The position numbers were made by a program, and so were the translations under genes. Positions 14,100 to 27,117 of a stretch of 64,000 nt of DNA are shown here, in pieces (positions within the stretch are counted from its first letter, which is position 1; the number at the start of each line of letters is the position of its first letter). Below the pieces are notes generated by a model. It was given only the letters and a program-made list of their open reading frames with translations, made no database searches and was not told the DNA's origin. Source of the stretch: Mobula hypostoma (Eukaryota); contig NC_086097.1 of the NCBI RefSeq assembly GCF_963921235.1, positions 203,796,001 through 203,860,000 of the forward strand, given 5' to 3'.

Positions 14100-14725
14100 T
14101 TCATTGCCTTTGTCAGAGCTGGGGAGCAGCCAATACCTGCCAAAAGAACATCTGCAGGCATTCTGACCTCTGCAAGGGACTGGCAGCTGTTGGTGGACCT
14201 CGAAGGGCAGATGAAGTTCCCCAACCATATCGTAGCCACCACCCTGCGACCAGACATTGTCCTAGTGTCTGAGTCTACTGAGCAAGTGGTGCTGCTGGAG
14301 CTGGCAGTCCCATGGGAAGATAGCTTGGAGGAGGCCTTTGAAAGGAAGCTCTCCAAGTACGCAGGACTGGTCAGCAACTGTCAGCAGGCTGGATGGAGAG
14401 CGAGGTGTCTCCTAGTGGAGGTTGGTTGTAGGGGATTCATAGCCTGTTCTTTAGTTAGGGCCTTCAGCATTTTGGGCATCGAGGGAGAGAGGAAGAGGAG
14501 AGCCATCTGCAGTACCACTGATGTGGCAGAGAGGGCCTCAAGGTGGCTGTGGCTCAAAAGAGGGGAGCCGTGGAGTCATAAGTAGCTAGCCATCTGGAAC
14601 AAGCTGGGGTCTGATCAGCCCCGGCTGGGTCACCTGGAGGAGGTTGTATGATGTTGAAAGACCTGAAACACCCGATGATTCCAGGAACATCACTGAAGAT
14701 GTGTCCAGAAGCATCAATAGATGTA
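14100..14725 (+). mobile_element. 3' fragment of a HERO-like non-LTR retrotransposon with restriction-like endonuclease (REL) domain
   Basis: ORF 14190-14585: RPDIV...LLELAVPWE...ERKLSKY...GW...VEVGCRGF, the PD-(D/E)-K..KY REL signature of early-branching non-LTR elements; short structured 3' UTR. Confidence 0.8.
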
Positions 14726-15631
14726 TGTATACAGCAATCATTTCTGCTTTCCTTTTCCTGGCTGATGATCAATTAAATTTCCCAACAGTGTTTCTCAATT
14801 TTGTCCCATTTTTCTGATGTTAGTCACCTGCCCATTCATTTCTCAGTCCTGTGGAAGAACCCAGTCCAAAACTATTGGTTGTTCTCTTTGCAGTAATTGA
14901 TGCAGCTATTGTGAATTTTCAGCTTTATTTGTTTTGCTTTGGGTTTCAAATATTTCCTGTAATTTGCCTTATTTTCACTTATTACCATTGAGGTGAACAG
15001 AACCACAGGAAAGATGAAAAACTTCCATTTCAACGGTCTGTGTTGGCTGTTGGCTGGACTCATTCCAAGTTCAACCACTGCTCCATTCCTTTTGATTACT
15101 CCTGGAGCTGATAGTTCCTTTAGCTCCTGCTATGGGAATAAAATCTCCCTCAGCTTTTCTTTACGTCATTTATGATTTTAACTAGCTGACTCAATTATTC
15201 TAATTCAGAGGAATTTCTTGAGTTTGCAAACTGGTTGCTCAATTTTCCTATGTGCATCAATTCAAAGGAAAATTGAACATCAATTCAATGTTATGCAGAA
15301 GTGCTTTAAGTTGGTTTAAGACATTACTTACCAATGCGACAAATTTCTCTTTGCTTTATTGTCTCAATCATAAAACACTTAGAAATACTTCCAATGTGTT
15401 TTAGGGGGAGAAACTGTAAGGAGAACATTTTAGTTGGAAAATCTGTAATCTCCTTAAGGAGGTAATCACACCATCAACTATCTGTTTTTAATATTTACCA
15501 TCTAAGCAAACTTTTAAAAATCTCAGATGAATATTCATATATCAAAAGACAGCCAATCCAGTGTACCAAGAGCTTCAGTGAGAGCCAGTTCCAGAGAATG
15601 CATAACAGTATTTGAAGTACTAGATATCCGT

Positions 15632-15720
15632 TCAACACTCACAACACGCTGGAGGAACTCAGCAGGTCGGGCAGCATCCGTGGAAAAGATCAGTCAATGT
15701 TTCGGGCCGGAACCCTTCGT
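15632..15720 (-). mobile_element. Short PLE terminal fragment ending inside the hammerhead core
   Basis: Reverse complement starts ACGAAGGGTTCCGGCCCGAAACATTGACTG (the CTG of CTGACGA is missing). Confidence 0.75.
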
Positions 15721-15959
15721 TGTTCATTGTTCATAAATGCTGACCCTCTTTCATCCTTCATTTTAGACAGTCCCTGTGGCTTGAGGGTTACTTGCTTTGA
15801 CTCCTGCTTTGAGGTGGCTGATGAGGCTGATGTAGTACCTGTGGCTCTCCCTCTATGACAGATCTACGCCAAGTGCCAAAGCACCTGTCTCGTGCCTGGC
15901 CCTGACACATCTATAAAACGACACTTATATCAGAATGCTGTTTTTGGATTTCATTTTGG

Positions 15960-17170
15960 CATTCAACACTATTGTCTCACACAAGTGTAAAGGAGAACAA
16001 AATAGATGTCAGCCTGGACCTGAGGACACACCAAAAAACTCAGGAAGATAAAGGACATAATAATAATTTAAAAACACAATAGATATAAATACATGAGATA
16101 GCTTATATACATAGATTGACTATATGTCCATTACGTGATTCTAGGCATAAGAGTGTCTATACGTAAGGTAACTGTGACAGGAAATAATAAAGTGGTGGTG
16201 GTTGTGGGTGGGGAAGGGAGGATTAGTGGGTGGGGGTGTTGTTCAGCCTTACAGCTTGGGGAAACTAACAACTTTTGAGTCTGGTGGTTCTGACAAGATG
16301 CTATGATAGGAATGGACAAAGTCCCTGAGCAGGGTGGGTGGGATCTTTCATGATGTTACTGCCATTTTCTGGCACATTTCTGTGTATACGTCTATGATAG
16401 TGGGTAGGTTGGTGCTGGTGATGCATTAGGCAGTTTTGAAGACAGCCTTCCTGTCCACCACAGTGTAGTTTCCATACCATTCTGTGATGCAGCTTGTTAG
16501 GAAGTTTTCTGCTGTGCATTTGTAAAATGACACCAGTACAGATGTGCATAGTCCAAATCTCTTCAGCCTCCTCAGAAAGTAAAGGCATCGGTGAGCTTTC
16601 TTGGTTTTGTAGGGTGCGTTCCGGGACCATGAGAGGTTATGCAAGAAGTTTGAAACTGCTCAAAGTTTCCACTGCTGTGCCGCTGATGTAAAGAGGAGTG
16701 TGGGTGGTGCAAGTTCTCATGAATTCAGGAAAAGTTTATTTGCCTGGCACCAGGCCTTGAATTCTTCCGCCTCCTCTCTGTAGGCCATCTCATCATTGTC
16801 GGTGATGAGACCCACCACTGCTGTGTCATTGTCTAACCTGCCAATGTGATTAATTGGGTCTTTGGCCGTGCAGATATGTCTGAACAGAGTGTACAGAGGG
16901 CTCAGTACACAGGCCTGTTGGGCATCTATGTTGAGGATGATGGGGAGGGAGGAGCAGTTGTGCATCCTGACTCTCTGAGGTCTGCTGGTTAGGAAGTCCA
17001 ACACCCCGTTTCACAGTGGTGTATTTAGACCAAGGAGTAGGAGTTAAATCACCAAAGTCTGTGAAACAATAGTGTTGAATGCTGGACCGGAATCCAGAAA
17101 CAGCATTCTACTATAAGTGCCCTTGTATTCTAGGTGTGTCAGGGCCAAGTGCATGACAGATACTATGGTT
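15960..17170 (-). mobile_element. Rex1/Babar-like LINE, RT 3' half, decayed
   Basis: ORFs 16717-17004 (LDFLTSRPQRVR...ACVLSP...DTAVVGLI...AYREE...WCQANKL) and 16426-16644 (KKAHRCLYFLRRLKRF). Confidence 0.75.
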
Positions 17171-17786
17171 TACGTCATAGGGTGGGTTCTGTCAGTAACC
17201 ATATTGGTAGATGGTTCTTCCCAGTGCCCAGCATGTTGGAATTGAGGTCTACTGGGAAGGAAAGAAACCTTTTCTGAATTAATTGATTTGTTTTGTGACC
17301 ATTTTATTTTTGTTACTTGTAGGTGTAAAATCTCCTTTCTTAATCTTTAGAGTTCAGAAAGATGAATCTCATCTGCAATTGGTGGGTAGTTGAGTTATGT
17401 ACATCCAGAAGCAGCAAAATCCAGGAACGGATGGCACAGAGACGTTAAAATAAATGCGGAGAACATAAAGAACAGAGTGAAGGAGAGAGGGAAAGAGACA
17501 TAAAACAAAGGCTGGGATGACCACTTTATGACAGGGAGAAAGGGTGAGCGGGGTTTTGTCATTATGTAGCTGTAACTTTTTAGTGCTGGCAATAATCATC
17601 GTTCCAGTTCGCACACCTTAATGAGACTATCATTCTGGATCACAGACCAGGACAATAAGAGAAATATAAAATGGCATCTGTGCTTTAGGGGTGCAGCAGG
17701 ATCGCTTACCAAAATGGTAGGATTTGAGAGGTCGACATCCAGTAACTTTGCTGGAGGATGTGGAGAGCCCTCGGTAACTGCACTCC

Positions 17787-17844
17787 TTACACATACATGC
17801 ACACGCATGCACACACACACGCACAAACACACACACACAAACAT

Positions 17845-17877
<33 letters not shown>

Positions 17878-17935
17878 AAAACACACACACACACACGAAC
17901 ATGCACACACATACACACACACAAACACGCACACA

Positions 17936-17996
<61 letters not shown>

Positions 17997-17999
17997 ACA
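17787..17999. repeat. Interrupted (CA)n microsatellite, about 210 bp
   Basis: Direct reading of the sequence. Confidence 0.97.
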
Positions 18000-18237
18000 A
18001 TCTTTGCCTTGTCACTCTGCTATCAATGCGCTGTGTGTGTACACTTTAGTGTCTTCTCACAAATATTTGTGCATTCTCACAAAGGATCCTGAACTGAGCT
18101 GATGTGCTCAGGTTGACTTTATGGTGCCTTTCCCATCGAGTATGCTAGAATATTCCATTTCTTTAGTAATGGGGATATATAAATCTGTATTTGCTGTTTG
18201 TATAGTGTATTTACTGTAGATGTTTCCATTTATTTGT

Positions 18238-18329
18238 AATATGATGGAAACTGGATTGTGGATGATGGAAACTGGATTGTGGATTGCATCATTAATTGAT
18301 GCAACCCACAATCCAGTTTCCATCATATT
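18238..18329. repeat. Near-perfect 30-bp inverted repeat (5-nt loop) with a 21-bp tandem duplication of its left arm
   Basis: 18262-18291 pairs with 18297-18326 (1 mismatch); 18241-18261 duplicates 18262-18282. Confidence 0.9.
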
Positions 18330-19477
18330 CCAATTCATGTGTAGTATTAAGTTAACTTTGTAGGTAGCTATAGATGGGATGTCCTTGTGCCTAAAAGAAG
18401 GAACTCGTCACCCTCAGTAAGGGAGAGTGACAGGGGCTTCCAGGAGGTTACACTGGACTAGAATTCAGTAAGTATGGAGCTAGTATTCTGTTTTCTGGTA
18501 GATATCTTTTTGTAAATATTGGTAGTTTTCTTTTCGCTATTTTCGCTAATTTTTGACACACCACATAAACACCTTGCACTAAAACGTTAAGCAACTCCAG
18601 CCATTTTTTCTTTGGACATAACACTCGTATGTACCAGTGGGTCTCACTGAAAAGCAGGGGACAATGAAATAAGTGATATCTTCATACTTCTCAAACAAAG
18701 GTGAAGAAAAGAAAGTACAGGATTCATTCAAGCTCTATCATTGTGGGGTTGGACTTCATGTTACAAAGAGCCATGACTGATAAAGCTTGGAAAGAATATA
18801 GAATTTGCTGACTCTGAAAACACACCTCTGAATGCTCTTATGTAGCATTTTCTTCTCAGAATATTATTACAGGTGATCCCTTTGGGTAGTCTCATCTGAA
18901 CTAAGAATTCTTTCTCCAGACAAAGGATGAATATAGGCCTGAACTGATAATTGTTGATTGATCATATGGCTTTGGTCCTACTAATGGACATTGCCTGCTG
19001 AACATCCGTGAACATCCAAGTAGGATCAAAGGCCCTTAGGCCATTTATCTCATTAACCCTGCACATAATCCTCATAATAGTTAGAGGTTTGATTGACGTG
19101 AAGGATATTACTAGAATTGCTTTTCCTCCAAGATTTTATGTGGAGATATGTAATTGAACTCTTATGATTGTAGATATCCCACAGATTTTAGCTCCTGGGT
19201 TCTTTTCACTTTGAAAGTAATGGTGTTCAATCCCTGGCAAAATGCCATGACTCCCTTGCTTCCTTCACATGAGTACAACTGAGTAGCTGATGTTATCTGC
19301 ATTGACCTGGAAGGATGCTACGAGACAAACATTAGCAGCTGCAGGAAGTGCTGCAGCTTTCTCAGAGGTGATGTGAAGTTCAGCCTGCTGTGGGTCATCT
19401 CTGTTTCCCTGCTGAAGCACAACCACTGAATGTGTTTCCCTGTGCATCTCCAGGCACAAACACAAGAGAATCACAAG

Positions 19478-19627
19478 AGAATCAGATGCTGTGGATCTTG
19501 AGCAACCCACACGAAATGCTGAGGGATCTCAGCAAGTGAGGTAGCATCTATGGAAAGGAATAACCAGTCGACATTTTGGGTCAAGTCCTGATGAACGTTT
19601 TTAACCTGAAACATTGACTGTTTATCT
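19478..19627. mobile_element. Mini-PLE: minus-strand terminus joined to a plus-strand hammerhead-bearing fragment
   Basis: ...CAGTCGACATTTTGGGTCA then AGTC-CTGATGA-ACGTTTTTAACCT-GAAA-CATT-GACT (19584-19619). Confidence 0.7.
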
Positions 19628-20140
19628 ACAAGCATAATTCAGTACTCATAAGACCACATGAGCATGAGATATAGAAGCAGAATTAGGCTATTTGGCCCAT
19701 CGAGTCTGCTCTGCCATTTCATCATGGCTGATCCAATTTTCCTTTCAGCTCCAATCTCCTGCTTTCTTCCCGTATCGCTCCATGCCCTGACCAATCAAGA
19801 ATCTATCAACCTCTGCCTTAAGAATACAGAAAGACTTGGCCTCCACAGCTGCTTGTGGCAAAGAATTCCACAGATTCACCACTCTCTGTCTGAATAAATT
19901 CATCCTCATCTCCGTTCTAAAAGAACACCTTCTATTCTGAGACTGCGTCCTCTGGTCTTAGACTCTCCAACCACAGGAAACATCCTCTCCACGTCCATTC
20001 TATCAAGGCCTTTCACCATTCAATAGGTTTCAATGAGGTCAGCCCTCATTCTTCTGAATTCTAGTGAATACAGGCCCAGAGCCAGGAAATTCTCTTCATA
20101 TGACAAGCCATTCAACCCTGGAATCATTTTTAGGGAACCT

Positions 20141-21790
20141 TAGAAAAAACATAGAAAACATAGAAAACCTACAGCACAATACAGGCCCTTCAGCCCACAG
20201 AGCTGTGCCGAACATATCCCTACCTTAGAACTATCTAGGCTTTACCCATAGCCTTCTATTTTCCTAAGCTCCATGTAACCATCCAAGAGTCTCTGAAAAG
20301 ACCCCATCATTTCCGCCTCCACCACCGCTGCTGGCAGCCCATTCCATGCACTCACCATTCTCCTCGTAAAAAACTTACCCTAGTCATCTCCTCTGTACCT
20401 ACTTCCAAACACCTTAAAACTATGCCCTCCCCTGCTAGCCATTTCAGCCCTGGGGTAAAGCCTCTGACTATCCACACGATCAATGCTTCTCATTATCTTG
20501 TACACCTCTATCAGTTCACCTCTCAAGCTTGATTTATACTTCTGCCTTAACTCGACGCCGTAAGCTATGCAAGTGGCCTATGCACGTTGTGAGCATTTAT
20601 ACTTGTGTGTTGGTGTGTCTGCAGCGCTCTGCAATTCGCGCGCGTCACGCATGTGCGCTCAACTGCCCACGCAAGGCTTCATGGTCATGGTAGTCTTTTT
20701 TGGGGTAAACAAGATTAAAGCGAGCGTCTTTTTTCGTAAAAGCGAAATGTGTCCTCCATAATTTCGGAGGTCTGAAAAGCTTTCTGGAAAGCATTGCAGC
20801 CAGAGTACCTTCCCTGCCCCTCAGTCACCCAATGGGAAGCTATTGCAGCGTAGCAGGAAATGCAATGTTACCAAGCTATCACAGCTGTTGTGTTCTGCGT
20901 TGCCGCGACAGGCGGTTACATTTTGGGAGAGGTGCACGTCGCAGCAACGCAGGCTCTCATGTAGGATTCCGCGTCGACTTTGCATAGGGTTTGCGGCGAC
21001 GCGTTGACGCAGAAGTATAAACCACGCTTCATCCTCCGTTGCTCCAAGGAGAAAAGGCCGAGTTCACTCAACCTATTCTCATAAGGCATGCTCCCCAATC
21101 CAGGAAACATTCTTGTAAATCTCCTCTGCACCCTTTCTATGGTTTCCACGTCCTTCCTGTAGTGAGGCGACCAGAACTGAGCACAGTACTCCAAGTGGGG
21201 TCTGACCAGGGTCCTATATAGCTGCAACATTACCTCTCGGCTCTTAAACTCAATCCCACAGTTGATGAAGGCCAAAGCACCGTATGCCTTCTTAACCACA
21301 GAGTCAACCTGCGTAGTAGCTTTGAGTGTCCTATGGACTCGGACCCCAAGATCCCTCTGATCCTCCACACTGCCAAGAGTCTTACCATTAATACTATATT
21401 CTGCCATCATATTTGACCTACCAAAATGAACCATCTCACACTTATCTAGATTGAACTCTATCTGCCACTTCTTAGCCCAGTTTTGCATCCTATCAATGTC
21501 CTGTTGTAACCTCTGACAGCCCTCCACACTATCCACAACACCCCCGACCTTTGCGTCATCAGCAAACTTACTAACCCATCCCTCCACTTCCTCATCAAGG
21601 TCATTTATAAAAATCACAAAGAGTAGAGCACCCCTGGTCACCGGCCTCCATGCAGAATATGACCCGTCTACAACCACTCTTTGCCTTCTGTGGGCAAGCT
21701 AGTTCTGGATCCACAAAACAATGTCCCCTTGGATCCCACCACAAAGCAATGTCCCCTTAGATCCCTCCACAAAGCAATGTCCCCTTGGAC
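20141..21790 (-). mobile_element. Second CR1 subfamily, 5'-truncated, nested in the first CR1
   Basis: ORF 20916-21677 with SKFADD, LGVRVH, LVRPHLEYCAQFWSP; (CATAGAAAA)-type tail at 20141-20168; host CR1 resumes at about 21791. Confidence 0.88.
20526..21028. mobile_element. 503-bp MITE, PIF/Harbinger-like (3-bp TSD TCA)
   Basis: TIR AGCTTGATTTATACTTCTGC versus GCAGAAGTATAAACCACGCT (2 mismatches in 20); TCA at 20523-20525 and 21029-21031; removing it restores CR1 CACCTCTCATCCTCC; CpG-rich. Confidence 0.88.
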
Positions 21791-24700
21791 CTTCTTTGAA
21801 CCCTCTCCAGTTCCAGCACATCCTTTCTAGGATAAGGGTCTTGAAACTGCTCACAATATTTTAAGTGCAACCTCACCAGTTCTTGATTAAGTCACCATAT
21901 TACATCCTTGCTTTTATATATTAATCCACTTGAAATGAATGCTAACATCACATTTGTTTCCTCACCATAGTTTCAACCTGCAAATTATCTTTTAGGGAAT
22001 CCTGCACAAAGATTCCTACAATCTCTTGTGCCTCAGTTTTTTGTAATTTCTCTCCATTCAAAAAATAGTCAACCTTTTCATTTTTTCTACCAAAGTACAT
22101 GATCATACATTTCCCAACACTGTATTCCATTTGCCATTTCTTTGCCTGTTATCCTAATCCATCTAAGTCCTTCTGTAGCCTCTCTACATCCTCAAATCTA
22201 CTTGCACCTCCAGCTATCTTCATATTGTCTGCCAACGTTGCAACAAAGCTATCAATTCCATCATCCAAATCATTGACATATAACATAAAAAGAATTGGTT
22301 TCGACACAGAACCCTGTGGAACACCATTAGTTACTGGCAGTCAACTAGAAAAGGCTCCCTGTATTTCTACTTTTTGCCTCCTGCCAATCAGCCACTGCTT
22401 TATCCATGCCAGAATATTTTCTGTAATACCATGGGCTCATAGCTTGTTAAGCAGCCTCATCTGTGGCACTTTGTCAAAGGCCTTCTGAAAATCCAAGCAC
22501 GCAACATCAACTGAATCTTCTTTGTCTGTCCTGCTTGTTATTTCTTCAAAGAACTCCAACAGATTTGTTAGGTAAGATTTTCCCTTGAAGAAACCATGCT
22601 GACTCTTTTATTATGTTTCTCCATCCTTGATAATCGACCTCCAACATCTTCGCAACCACTGAGGTCAGGTTAACTGGTCTGTAGTTTCCTTCCTTTTGCC
22701 CCTCTCCATTCTTGAAGAGTGGAATGACATTTTCAATTTTCCAGTTTTTGGGAACCATTCCAGAATCTAGTGATTCTTGAAAGATCATCACTAATGCTTC
22801 CACAAACTCTTTAGCTACCTATTTTAGAATGCTGGGGTATACACCATCTGGCTCAAGTGACTTATCTACTTTGTACCTTCAGACCTTTCACTTTCCTGAG
22901 AACCTTCTCTCTAGTAATGGTAACCTCACACAATTCACCACCTCTGACAAATGGAACTCCCACCATAGTGCTGATGTCTTCCACAGTGAAGACTGTTGCA
23001 ACATATTTATTCAGTTTGTCCACCATTTCCTTGTACCCCATTACTACCTCTCTGGAAAAGTTTTCCAACAGTCCAATATCCACCCTCGCCTCTCTTTTAC
23101 TGTTTATGTATCTGAAGAGACTTTGGTATCCTCTTGTTTTTTCAAAGATTGCCAATCCTCTAACTTAACGTGATTTTTTGCTCTATTATATGCCCTTTCT
23201 TTGTCTTTTATGTTGGCTTTAACTTCTCTTGTTAGCCAAGGTTGTGTCATCATTCCTTTAGAATACTTCTTCCTCTTTGAGTTGTATATATTCTGTGCCT
23301 TCCGAATAGCTTCCAGAAATTCTAGCCTTTGTTGCTCTGCCGTCATCCCTGCCAGTGTTCTTTTCCAATCAACTCTGGAAAACTCCTCTCCTCTCTCATG
23401 CCTTTGTAATTCTCTTTACTCCACAAAAATACACTTAGCTTCTGCTTCTCAAATTTCAATGTGAATTCAATCATATCATGATTACTTTCCCCTTAGGGTT
23501 CTTTACCTTAAGGTCTCTAATCAATTCTGGTTCATTGCACAACACCCAGTCCAGAATAATTGATCCCATAGTAGGCTCAACCACGAGCTGCTTGAAAAGC
23601 CATCTCATAGGCACTTAAGTAATTCCCTTTCCTGTAATCCAACCTGATTTCCTAAATCTACCTGCCTATTCAAATCCTCCCATGACTGTTGTCCTTTTGG
23701 CATACATTTTCTATTTCCTCTTGTAATTTGTAGACCACATCCTTACTACTGTTTGGGGGTCTGTATAAAAAAGACCCATCAGGGTCTTTTTACCCTTGCA
23801 GTTCCTTAGCTCTATCCACAAAGATTCAACACCTACTGACCCCAAGTCATTTCTTTCTAATGATTTGATTTCATTTTTTACCAACAGAGCAATGCCACCC
23901 CCTCTGCCTTCTTGACTGTTCTATCGATACAATCTGTATTCATGGACATAAAGCTCCCAGCTGTAATCTTCTTTCAGCCATGATTTAGTAATGTCTACAA
24001 CATCATACTTACCAATTTGAAACTGTGCTGAAAGTTTACCTACCTTTTTCCATATACTGTGTGCACTCAGACATAACACCTTCAGTCCTGTATTCACCCT
24101 TTTCAATTTTTATCAGTCTTTTATGTTGCAACTCATCCTGTTGACTGGAATTTTGCCCTGGCAACAGCCTCTCCTCACTACACATTTCCTGTTTGTAAAC
24201 CAGTTAACTCATCTTCAGCTTTGAAATCTACACAGCTCAGGACACTATTTGGACCATGTTCAACCTTTTGATTCCTAACTTTGTCTGAGATCTTACCAAC
24301 ATCTGCCTTCACAACCTCTCCACTCACTGTTCTGGCATTCTGGTTCCCATCCCCCTGTAACTCTAGTTTAAACCCGACCATGCAGCATTAATAAGTCTTC
24401 CCGCTAGGATATTTGACCCCCTCCAGTTCAGGTGCAAACTGTTCCTCCTGTGCAGGTCCCACCTTCCCTCGAAGAGAGGCCAGTGATCCAGAAATCTTAT
24501 GCCCTCCTTCCTCCATCAGTTAATTTTCTTGCTTTGTCACTGTTGAAAAATGCACAGACTATGAAGTGCATTTGGTGTCTAAATGGCATGCCTTCATGAT
24601 CTCCTTACTAAGGTTGAGAACCAAGAATGAAGCAGCTAAAGAGTTCCATCGCATGATATGTCAATGACAATGAATAGTACAGTTAATTGCATCTTGTATG

Positions 24701-25867
24701 TGTTACAAGTTCACACATGAAGTATAAAAATACATGGAGAATTGACACAAAAAATATTCAGCAAGAAAATAATCTTTCTGGGTTAGTCACAGCAAAAACA
24801 ATAAAAATAGTTTCGACACAGGACAGGCCAATTTCAAAAAGGTGTTGAGAGCAATCCATAAAACTGTATGTAAAGGCTTACTTGATGCCAGGAACTTCAT
24901 GATGTGGGTTATGAATATTGTGCTTATTTAATTGGGTAGGGTGTGACAGACTTTTGGAAGACTAAACAGCTACAAGATGCTAACAGGGACATGCACCAAG
25001 TATGCAACTTCAGTAAATGTACCGTTCATTCTCAGCAGAAAGCTCCTATCAGACAAGTTTCAAAAATAACATTAATACAGTCTTTTAAGAATTTTTTTTG
25101 GTATTATTGCTCTAACTAACTTTAAAAGCCAATATCATATTCAACCGTTGGATGCATGAGTTGCTATAATAGCACATTGAACTGAGTCTATACTGCAGAA
25201 ATAGTGCAGTGTCCAAATGAACAATACATGCTGTTGCATGTTGCATGGCGGAACTCACAAGTCAATGCTCATTACCCATATTGTTGCACACTGATGACAG
25301 CCATCCATTTGCAGCAGTGCCATCATCCCCCAAGAAGTTGAATGTTTCTCCATCTACTTGGGTGTAAAGACCATTTCTCAGCATTGAATGTGGTTAAGCT
25401 TCAGTAACGAAACTTCAACCATGATGATGCCTGGAACAGCAAATGGACTTCACGACAAGTCTCAAAGAAGCAATTCAAGGAAAGATTGATGCAGTAAATC
25501 CTTGGCTTATGTACCGCTCTAAACTATATTCCCCCTCAAATAGATCAAATGTGGTTACATGACAGACACATGGAAAACAAAATGCTCTCTAATATGTAAT
25601 TAGTCCCCCAGAGCAGATCAAGACACTTCAGCATTCATTTAATAATCTAACTTAACACTGTGTATATAAAACATTATATATTCCTCTACTTCAACATTTT
25701 AAAGAAGATCTGTTTGTTTCTTATTTTGTGGGCATCTTTAGAAAAAAAACTAGACTTTTTATATAATGCCTTTCATGACATCAGAACTTGCAAAAGCGCA
25801 AAGTGAAATCCAACAAACAATGAGCTGGTAATAATCAGATAACAATTGAGATACAACAAGTTCCTTT

Positions 25868-26905
25868 GCAACACACACAAAATGTTGGAGGAACTCAGTA
25901 GGCCAGACAGCATCTATGGAAAAGAGTACAGTTGAAGTTTCAGGCAAAGACCGTTCAGCAGGCCTGGAGAAGAAGTCAGAATTAGAACGGAGGGGAGAAA
26001 CAAATCACAAGGTGATTAGTGAAACTGGGAGAGGTGAGGGGTGAAGTAAAGAGCTGGGAAGTTGATTGGTGAAAGAGATACAGGGCTGGAGAAGGGGGAA
26101 TCTAATAGGAGAGGACAGAAGGCCATGGAGGAAAGACAAAGGGGAGAAGCATCAGAGGGAGGTGTTGTGAAGGCAAGGAGGTAAGGTGAAAGAGGGAAAA
26201 GGATGGGGAATAGCTAAGGTGGGGTGAGGGGGGCACTACAGGAGTTCAAGAAATCGATGTTTACGCCATCAGGTTGGAGGATAGCAGATGGAATATAAGA
26301 TGTTGCTCCTCCAACCTGAGTGTGGCCTCATGATGACAGTAGAGGAGGCCATGGATGGACATGTTGGATTTTGGACAGGATGTGAATTAAAATGGGTGAC
26401 CACTGGGAGATCCTGCTTCTTCTGCCAAATGAAACGTAGGTGCTCGGCGAAGTGGTCTCTCGGTCTGTGTCAGATCTCACCGATATACAAGAGGCCACAC
26501 TGGGACCACTGGATACAATAGATGGCTCCACCTGGTGAAGTGTCGCTTCACCTGGAAGGACTGTTTGGGGCTCTGAATGGTGGTGAGGGAGAAGTTGTAG
26601 GGGCAGGTGTATCACTTGTCCCACTTTCAAGGATAAGTGCCAGGAGGGAGGTCAGTGAGGAGGGATGACTTGACAAGGGAGTCGCGTAAGGAGTGATCGC
26701 TGCGGAAAGCTGAAAGTGTGGAGAAGGGAAGGATGTGCTTGGTGGTGGGATCCCACTGGAGATGGTGGAAGTTATAGAGAATTATGTGCTGGACCTGGAG
26801 GCTGGTGGGGTGGTAAGTGAGGACAAGAGGAACCCTGGTGGGGTGCTGGGAGGACGGGGTGAGGGCAGACGTGCGTGAAGTGGAAGAGATGCAGTTGAGG
26901 GTAGT
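25868..26905 (-). mobile_element. PLE (Neptune-like) 3' part: RT C-terminus/linker, GIY-YIG remnant, terminal repeat
   Basis: RVPLVLTYHP...HLQWDPTTKHI...AFRSDHSLRDSLV (26627-26914); decayed GIY-YIG; mutated hammerhead at 25930-25964. Confidence 0.85.
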
Positions 26906-27117
26906 TCTTTGCACTTCTTTACAACAGTAACATTATGTCTTTCAAGTCTACCCAAATGCAAATAGAACCTCAGTTTCAACATCTAGTTTGAACAATATTT
27001 CCTCCCATTGTTCTGCATTGCAACACAGCGTCCTCCAGAATTTTGTGCATAGACAGCTGAACAGACACAACTCTGTGATACTGAGCATTAAGTAACATAT
27101 AATACCTCTAACTTTTA

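Larger units (their letters stand above)
19647..24515 (-). mobile_element. Long CR1 LINE (ORF1 esterase C-terminus, APE endonuclease, RT, 3' UTR), split by a nested CR1
   Basis: LDHWPLFEGRWDLHRRNSLHLNWRGSNILAG (SGNH-esterase-like) near 24400-24490; LKVLCLSAHSI...YDVVDITKSWL (APE, 23921-24106); FQESLDSGMVP...GNYRPVNLTS (RT, 22546-22803); many stops and frameshifts. Confidence 0.88.

Noticed and set aside
14635..14680. Hammerhead in the HERO-like 3' UTR (TGATG...GAAAC)
   Set aside because: Lacks the CTGANGA core and a correctly placed cleavage triplet
17596..18102. Several 60-140 aa ORFs rich in HT/CV repeats
   Set aside because: Translations of the (CA)n microsatellite; the ER/LS ORFs at 36180-36609 come likewise from (GA)n
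20916..21677. 253-aa ORF as an intact or novel fusion gene
   Set aside because: A truncated CR1 RT fragment reading by chance into the MITE; no start context
21711..21790. CRISPR-like array
   Set aside because: Direct tandem copies with no spacers, no cas genes, eukaryotic LINE context
24780..25530. Possible ancient transposase remnant
   Set aside because: Coding-like texture only; no motif I can name and no long ORF
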